From: Cyanobacteria bacterium P01_A01_bin.123
Lineage (GTDB): Bacteria; Cyanobacteriota; Cyanobacteriia; Phormidesmidales; Phormidesmidaceae
DNA: 64,000 nt
Reading direction: 5' to 3'
Assembly: GCA_039815185.1 (NCBI GenBank)
Contig: JBCBZT010000012.1
Coordinates: 96,001-160,000, forward strand
Notes under the pieces: generated by a model
Told to the model about the DNA's origin: nothing
Databases searched by the model: none
The model's input: the letters and a program-made list of their open reading frames with translations, nothing else
Shown: in pieces, positions 58,983-64,000 of the stretch
Layout: the number at the start of each line of letters is the position of its first letter
Position numbering within the stretch: position 1 is the first letter of the stretch
Translations under genes and position numbers: made by a program

Positions 58983-61900
58983 TTACTCTTGATCGGCACC
59001 CTCTGGTGCGACCAAACTCTCCAAAGGATTCGGCGCATCGGCGTCGTTGGGGGAGTCAAGATTGCGTAGGATGGCGGGGGCTTGCTCCAGGCTACCAGCG
59101 TCATCGCTGCCAAAGATTGCCCTCAACGCTTGGTCTAGGGTACCGGCCATGGCAATGCGATTTTGAAAGGTGACGATCACTCGTACTAGGGTGGGCAGGC
59201 TGTTTTGTTCGGCTTCTAAATAGAGGGGTTCGACATACAGTAGCGATCGCTCGATCGGAATCACCAGCAAGTTACCCTGGATCGCCCGTGAACCCTCGGT
59301 GTTCCAAAGAGAAATGCGCTGGGAAATTTCTGGATCTTGGTTGATCCGGGCTTCAATTTGCTCGGGGCCAAACACCAGTTCTTGCTTGGGGAAACGATAG
59401 AGCAAAATGCTGCCGTAGCGATCGCCATCGGAGCGGGCCGCCATCCAAGCAATCAGATTATTGCGTTCGGCTGGGGTAAACGGGCGGAGCTGAATAAACT
59501 CCTCAAAATCTCCCAGGGGCAGCTTCATAATCAGGTAGTAGGGTTCTACCTCCTGGGCTTCGTTGGCGTAAATTTCATTGGGTGCCCGCCACAGATCTTC
59601 CCGGTTGTAGAACACCTGGGGGTCGGTCATGTGGTACGTCATCAACTGATCTGACTGCACCTGAAATAGATCGCGGGGGTAGCGAATGTGCTGGCGAATT
59701 GCAGGAGGCATGGCTTCTAAGGGTTGAAACATGCCGGGGAGCAGTTTGGCCCAGGTTTGAATCAAGGGATCGCTGGCATCGGCGATGTAAAAGTTGACGG
59801 AGCCGTTGTAAGCATCGACGACCACCTTGACCGAGTTGCGAATATAGTCAAAGTCGTTGTCTCCGGGGTCAGAGTAGGGATAGCGGTTGCTGGTGGTGTA
59901 AGCATCTAGCATCCAATACAGATAGCTGCGATCCATTGGGAAGGCATCGCGGTTTGCGGCTTCCTCTGGCGGATAGGCTTCAATGGGCGGCGCTTCGGGG
60001 TCGGCAACGACGAGGTAAGGATCGGTGTCGAAGCGCAGAAAGGGCGCGATCGCTTCCACCCGCTCCCGAATATTGCGCCGAAACAGCAGCCGGGTTTCTG
60101 GCGTAAAATCGGCGCTAAACAGCATTTGCCAATCGCGTAGGTGGCGGGAAAACAATAGCCGTCGAACCATAGGCCCGACATTGATGCCCGCAGTGCCATC
60201 ATAGGTGGTGTAAACGTTATCGTTGCCGCTGGGGTAGTCGAGTTCGGCTGCCTGGGTGTTGGTCATCACGTAGGTGTTGGTCAACTCACCAAAATAAATC
60301 CGGGGTCGCCCTACGGGAATGCTTTTGCGGATGGCTTCGCTGCTCGGGACATGGGCAATGTCGCGAATGAAGTAGTCAGGCAGTCCGCCCGTTGCGGTTG
60401 TGTTCACCGGGCTCATGGTGAAGCCGTAGCCGTGGGTATAGATTAAGTGTTCGTTGACCCAGGTTTTGGCCCGATCAGCCACTTGCTCATAGTTCAGTTC
60501 TCGGGCTGAAAGGATGACCTGGCGGAGTTCCCACTGATTATCTTCGGTCAGCAAATGGTAGCGATCGACATTGGCATCATTGAATTCGTAGTAGGAGCGA
60601 ATTTGCTGGAGCTGGCGGTTGGACTCTAGTAGCGGACGGGTATCCCACAGCCGGATATTGCGGATGGTTTGTTCGTTATTGTTGAGGTCTTCAGTGGTTA
60701 GGGTGCCTTCTGGGGTAAAAGTCTGGTCATTGACGTTGGTCAGGCCAAACGCAGCGCGGGTAAAGTCAATGGAACGACTGATGAACGGCGTTTCACGAAC
60801 CAATTCATTGGGTTGCACCACCAACCGCTGCACCAGTCGGGGAGCCACCAAAATTCCCAGGACTGCCAGCAGGCCATACAAACTCAAGCCCCAAACCAAT
60901 AGCTGCAGGGTCGGCGGTTTGCGGGGAATCGGCGGTAAGTGATCGTACTGGTGGCGCATCACTTCAATGCACCAGTCCACCAGGCTGCGCAGCCCCACTG
61001 CCCAAAATAAGGTGCGCCACAATAACGCCAGACCTAAAACCAAAGCTAATAGACTCAGTCCGGTATTTGCGGGCAAATCCAGAGTGACATCGGTGTAGCT
61101 GGCACCGTAGGTGACGCCCCGTTCAGAAAACAGGAGTTCGTAGCGGGCGATCCAGTGGCTAAAGCTGGTAACCAACAGCAGTGCACCAGCAAGCCCATAG
61201 AGGTGTCGTTTCTGAGCCGTTGAAAATCCATAAAATCTTCCCTGACTGAGGCTTTTCCCTGACAGCACGTAGACCAGCGTGACCACCAAAAAACCAAAAA
61301 ACAGCAGTCCACTCAGCCAAAATTCCAGCAGCTCCCACACGGGTAGCGAAAACAGATAGAAGCCAATGTCTTGCTGAAACAGCGGGTCAGTTTGTTGAAA
61401 TGCGGTGGGTCTTAGCATGGGCAGCACGGTGGGCCATTGTTCTGAGATCACCAGACCAAAGCACAGGCTCATCACCACAGCTGCGATTGTGCTGAGCACT
61501 CGGGGATAAATCACAAAGGCGATCGCGCCCAAGATCAATCCGCCGATCACGATTGGCTGAGTCGCAATTGTTTGGATCAACTTCAGCGCACTCTCAGGGG
61601 TTGCCCACAGGGGCAACGGCGGGGTCGGATTGTAAACCGTTGTCGATGTTTGCCAATAGCTCAGCGCCACTTGAGTGTGGTAAACCAGCAGCCCCCCAAT
61701 CGCCAGCGCCAGAACCCCGCTTAATCCCAGCAGTTGTCTGAGGCCTAAATGGGGCAAATCAGCCTTTTTCTCAGCCAAGGGTTTAAGCCGCTGAGCCACC
61801 CCTAAATTCAGCAAAGCAAAGCCAAAACTGCCCCCAAAGGCCAGCACCCCCAAACTCAACCGCGCCTGGAGCTGCAACCAAAACGCGGGCAAAAACCCCA

Positions 61901-62030
61901 CCTGGGCAAACCACAACCCCTCTGCCCAAAAATACCGCAGCACATCCAGTAGGATTACCCCCCCGACAGCTAATAGCACCCACTGCCAGCGCAACAAACG
62001 ACGTTTAGATGGGGGTGCAGCTTGGGACAT
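58983..62030 (-). CDS. UPF0182 family membrane protein
   Basis: DPLFQQDIGFYLFSLP, GASYTDV, NIRLWD, YTHGYG, YIRNSVKVVVDAYNG and GNLLVIP motifs. Confidence 0.95.
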   Translation of the reverse strand: MSQAAPPSKRRLLRWQWVLLAVGGVILLDVLRYFWAEGLWFAQVGFLPAFWLQLQARLSLGVLAFGGSFGFALLNLGVAQRLKPLAEKKADLPHLGLRQLLGLSGVLALAIGGLLVYHTQVALSYWQTSTTVYNPTPPLPLWATPESALKLIQTIATQPIVIGGLILGAIAFVIYPRVLSTIAAVVMSLCFGLVISEQWPTVLPMLRPTAFQQTDPLFQQDIGFYLFSLPVWELLEFWLSGLLFFGFLVVTLVYVLSGKSLSQGRFYGFSTAQKRHLYGLAGALLLVTSFSHWIARYELLFSERGVTYGASYTDVTLDLPANTGLSLLALVLGLALLWRTLFWAVGLRSLVDWCIEVMRHQYDHLPPIPRKPPTLQLLVWGLSLYGLLAVLGILVAPRLVQRLVVQPNELVRETPFISRSIDFTRAAFGLTNVNDQTFTPEGTLTTEDLNNNEQTIRNIRLWDTRPLLESNRQLQQIRSYYEFNDANVDRYHLLTEDNQWELRQVILSARELNYEQVADRAKTWVNEHLIYTHGYGFTMSPVNTTATGGLPDYFIRDIAHVPSSEAIRKSIPVGRPRIYFGELTNTYVMTNTQAAELDYPSGNDNVYTTYDGTAGINVGPMVRRLLFSRHLRDWQMLFSADFTPETRLLFRRNIRERVEAIAPFLRFDTDPYLVVADPEAPPIEAYPPEEAANRDAFPMDRSYLYWMLDAYTTSNRYPYSDPGDNDFDYIRNSVKVVVDAYNGSVNFYIADASDPLIQTWAKLLPGMFQPLEAMPPAIRQHIRYPRDLFQVQSDQLMTYHMTDPQVFYNREDLWRAPNEIYANEAQEVEPYYLIMKLPLGDFEEFIQLRPFTPAERNNLIAWMAARSDGDRYGSILLYRFPKQELVFGPEQIEARINQDPEISQRISLWNTEGSRAIQGNLLVIPIERSLLYVEPLYLEAEQNSLPTLVRVIVTFQNRIAMAGTLDQALRAIFGSDDAGSLEQAPAILRNLDSPNDADAPNPLESLVAPEGADQE

Positions 62031-62106
62031 GGGAGGGTAAGAGGGGACAGTACCCTGATTGTACTGAGCCTGATTTGATTGGGTAAATCAGTTAACCATA
62101 GAAGCC

Positions 62107-62715
62107 CTATCTGACCCCAGCCCACTGCAAAATCTCTTTGCCGACAGCTTCGTAGTCTTGCCAACCCCATTCAGCCCTGGGATCTTTCACCGCATAAACC
62201 GGAACCCCAGCCAAAGCTGCCTTTTGAAACGCGGCTAAGCGTCGAATCCCAGTCTCAAACACGGGCAGATTAGCTTCGGCTAATAGATCACGGACCTCCT
62301 GCCCTGCTTTGCTTGGTTTCGGCGGAATCGCTGTCAACAAAATCTGGTAGTGCTGCATGCGAATTTGGCTCAAATAGTCCACCGTCAACACCAAAGCATC
62401 CAAAGCCAATACATCTGGTGTGGTAGGCAACACCAGCAAGTCACAGCTGTTCGCCAGCGCCGCCAGGTCAGCTGGGGTTGGGCGAGCCTGGGTGTCAATT
62501 ACCACATGTTCATAGGGATAAAGCTGTTTCCCCGCCTGCCACTCATCCAACACCGGAAACGGCAATTCCCCCCGCTGTGCCCACCCCGACGCTGACCGAT
62601 TGGGATCAGCATCAATCAACTGCGTTTCGCCTTGACCCTGGAAAAACGCAGCCAAATGGACCGCAGTCGTGGTTTTGCCCACGCCCCCTTTGAAGCTGGC
62701 AACGGTGATGATCAT
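62107..62715 (-). CDS. ParA family ATPase (orphan)
   Basis: KGGVGKTT, IDADPN and VIDT motifs; no adjacent parB. Confidence 0.9.
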   Translation of the reverse strand: MIITVASFKGGVGKTTTAVHLAAFFQGQGETQLIDADPNRSASGWAQRGELPFPVLDEWQAGKQLYPYEHVVIDTQARPTPADLAALANSCDLLVLPTTPDVLALDALVLTVDYLSQIRMQHYQILLTAIPPKPSKAGQEVRDLLAEANLPVFETGIRRLAAFQKAALAGVPVYAVKDPRAEWGWQDYEAVGKEILQWAGVR

Positions 62716-62869
62716 ATTTTTAGGGTAAGGGAGGGAGGCGTTGGAAATTCATTGGAGTGGGAGAAACGCGATCGCCCTTAATATAAAAGAACGCGATCGC
62801 CCGTTATTTTGAACCGACTGATAGCCCTCAAGCCCTCGGGGATTTAAACCGCGTCCACATCCCGATCCA

Positions 62870-63367
62870 ATGCCTACAACGATCACCCTAGCCCTCCCTA
62901 CTGCCGAAAGCACCCATAGACTGGGGCAGCGCTTGGGGCGATCGCTCCCACCCGACACAATCTTGCTCCTAGAAGGCAACCTGGGAAGTGGCAAAACCAC
63001 TTTAATTCAGGGGTTGGGAAGTGGCTTGGAGATTACAGACACGGTCGACAGTCCTACGTTTACGCTGATTAACGAGTACGTTAGCGGACGTATTCCGCTC
63101 TATCATGTGGATCTTTATCGCCTAGATCCACCGGGTATAGACGGTCTGTACCTTGAAACCTATTGGGGAGGGGTTGAAGTAGAACCCGGTATTTTAGCTA
63201 TTGAATGGGCCGATAAATTAACCTACCGCCCTGCCGATGGGTTGCAAATTACCTTACAGTATTCAGAAGCTACTGGACGCATAGCCCATCTGCAAGCGAT
63301 CCGCAGCGATCACCAAGCTCTGCTCAAGACCCTAGACAGCGATGCGATATTGGCTCATGAAATCTGA
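62870..63367 (+). CDS. tsaE: tRNA threonylcarbamoyladenosine biosynthesis ATPase
   Basis: GNLGSGKTT, SPTFTLINEY, HVDLYRL and IEWA motifs. Confidence 0.95.
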   Translation: MPTTITLALPTAESTHRLGQRLGRSLPPDTILLLEGNLGSGKTTLIQGLGSGLEITDTVDSPTFTLINEYVSGRIPLYHVDLYRLDPPGIDGLYLETYWGGVEVEPGILAIEWADKLTYRPADGLQITLQYSEATGRIAHLQAIRSDHQALLKTLDSDAILAHEI

Positions 63368-63797
63368 ACCCGATGTGTACAGCATCGCGGATTTAGAAAA
63401 AGACCAAACGGAAATTTGGGACGGTATCCGCAATTATCAAGCCCGCAACTTCTTGCGAGATATGGCCGTGGGTGATGTGGCCTTCTTTTACCACTCCAAC
63501 ACCAAACCCCCTGGTATTGCTGGACTCATGACGATTGTGGAAACAGATGTCGTCGATCCTACTCAGTTTGACGCCAGCAGCAAATACTACGACGCTAAAT
63601 CCAAGCCAGATGCCCCCCGTTGGCAAACGGTCACTGTGGGTTACCAAGAAACCTTTACAAACTACATTGCCCTGGATGCACTCAAAGAAAACTTTACCCC
63701 AGAGGAACTCCTGGTGGTAAAGCGCGGCAATCGACTTTCGGTTATGCCTGTAGACGAAGCGGTGGCGAAGAAAATTTTAGCGATCGCCCACAGTTAA
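63342..63797 (+). CDS. EVE domain protein
   Basis: YWLMKSEP, WDGIRNYQARN, FFYHSN and RLSVMPV motifs. Confidence 0.95.
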   Translation: MRYWLMKSEPDVYSIADLEKDQTEIWDGIRNYQARNFLRDMAVGDVAFFYHSNTKPPGIAGLMTIVETDVVDPTQFDASSKYYDAKSKPDAPRWQTVTVGYQETFTNYIALDALKENFTPEELLVVKRGNRLSVMPVDEAVAKKILAIAHS

Positions 63798-63807
63798 ACC
63801 ATTCCCT

Positions 63808-64000
63808 TTATTGTCCGTAGGGATAAACGTAAGGCTGCTTCAGACCCTTAGCCAAAAACACATAAAACACCTCCGTGGCTTCCCCGCCCCGCAAAATGGG
63901 GGCTGTCCCCAACGGTTCTAGCGTTTCGAAATAGGGACGAAAGCGATCGGTAATATCAGACTGCTCGGCAAAGCGTTCTAGGGTGATGTACAAGGCATCT
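63808..64000 (-). CDS. C-terminal end of a gene entering from the right edge (possibly a GT39-like glycosyltransferase)
   Basis: Frame open from the edge: ...ALYITLERF...RPYFETLEPLG...VFYVFLAK...YPYGQ. Confidence 0.6.
   Translation of the reverse strand, partial: DALYITLERFAEQSDITDRFRPYFETLEPLGTAPILRGGEATEVFYVFLAKGLKQPYVYPYGQ

Larger units (their letters stand above)
1..64000. repeat. dispersed HIP1 octamer GCGATCGC
   Basis: Many copies throughout (e.g. 217, 1258, 1274, 3128); none seen from about 27390 to 31900. Confidence 0.95.

Noticed and set aside
1..64000. tRNA, rRNA or intact transposase genes
   Set aside because: None recognised by eye; tRNAscan-SE and ISEScan would be needed to exclude them

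Overview
Cyanobacterial chromosomal DNA: HIP1 octamer GCGATCGC is abundant, and phycobilisome, carboxysome and cytochrome b6f genes are present. Most of the window is housekeeping (rpe, speA, petN, rsmB, ccmP, tldD, ilvA, nrrA, tal, tsaE), interrupted by two decaying accessory regions at about 26.5-31.2 kb and 52.7-58.9 kb. The best candidate for an undescribed system is a degraded integron: a truncated intI whose catalytic Tyr is replaced by Cys, a putative attI and one attC. It encloses an intact, AT-rich, HIP1-free two-gene cassette encoding a Trypco1-like protein and a trypsin-like serine protease fused to a complete PfkB/ribokinase-family kinase. This looks like a protease-gated conflict or anti-phage module with an unusual effector, though that role is inferred. 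Other highlights are a cobalt-type nitrile hydratase operon with a COG0523 GTPase, a Tat-signal FGE-domain gene and an upstream NtcA consensus site; a divergent phycocyanin operon behind a duplicated L-box-like repeat; a three-copy structured intergenic element showing covariation; hcp with a divergent Crp/Fnr regulator and its palindrome; a TipA-like MerR gene with a 19-bp-spacer promoter; a hydrolase pseudogene whose stop codon lies inside a perfect 20-bp inverted repeat; and a candidate sRNA. All family assignments come from motif recognition by eye; no searches were run.
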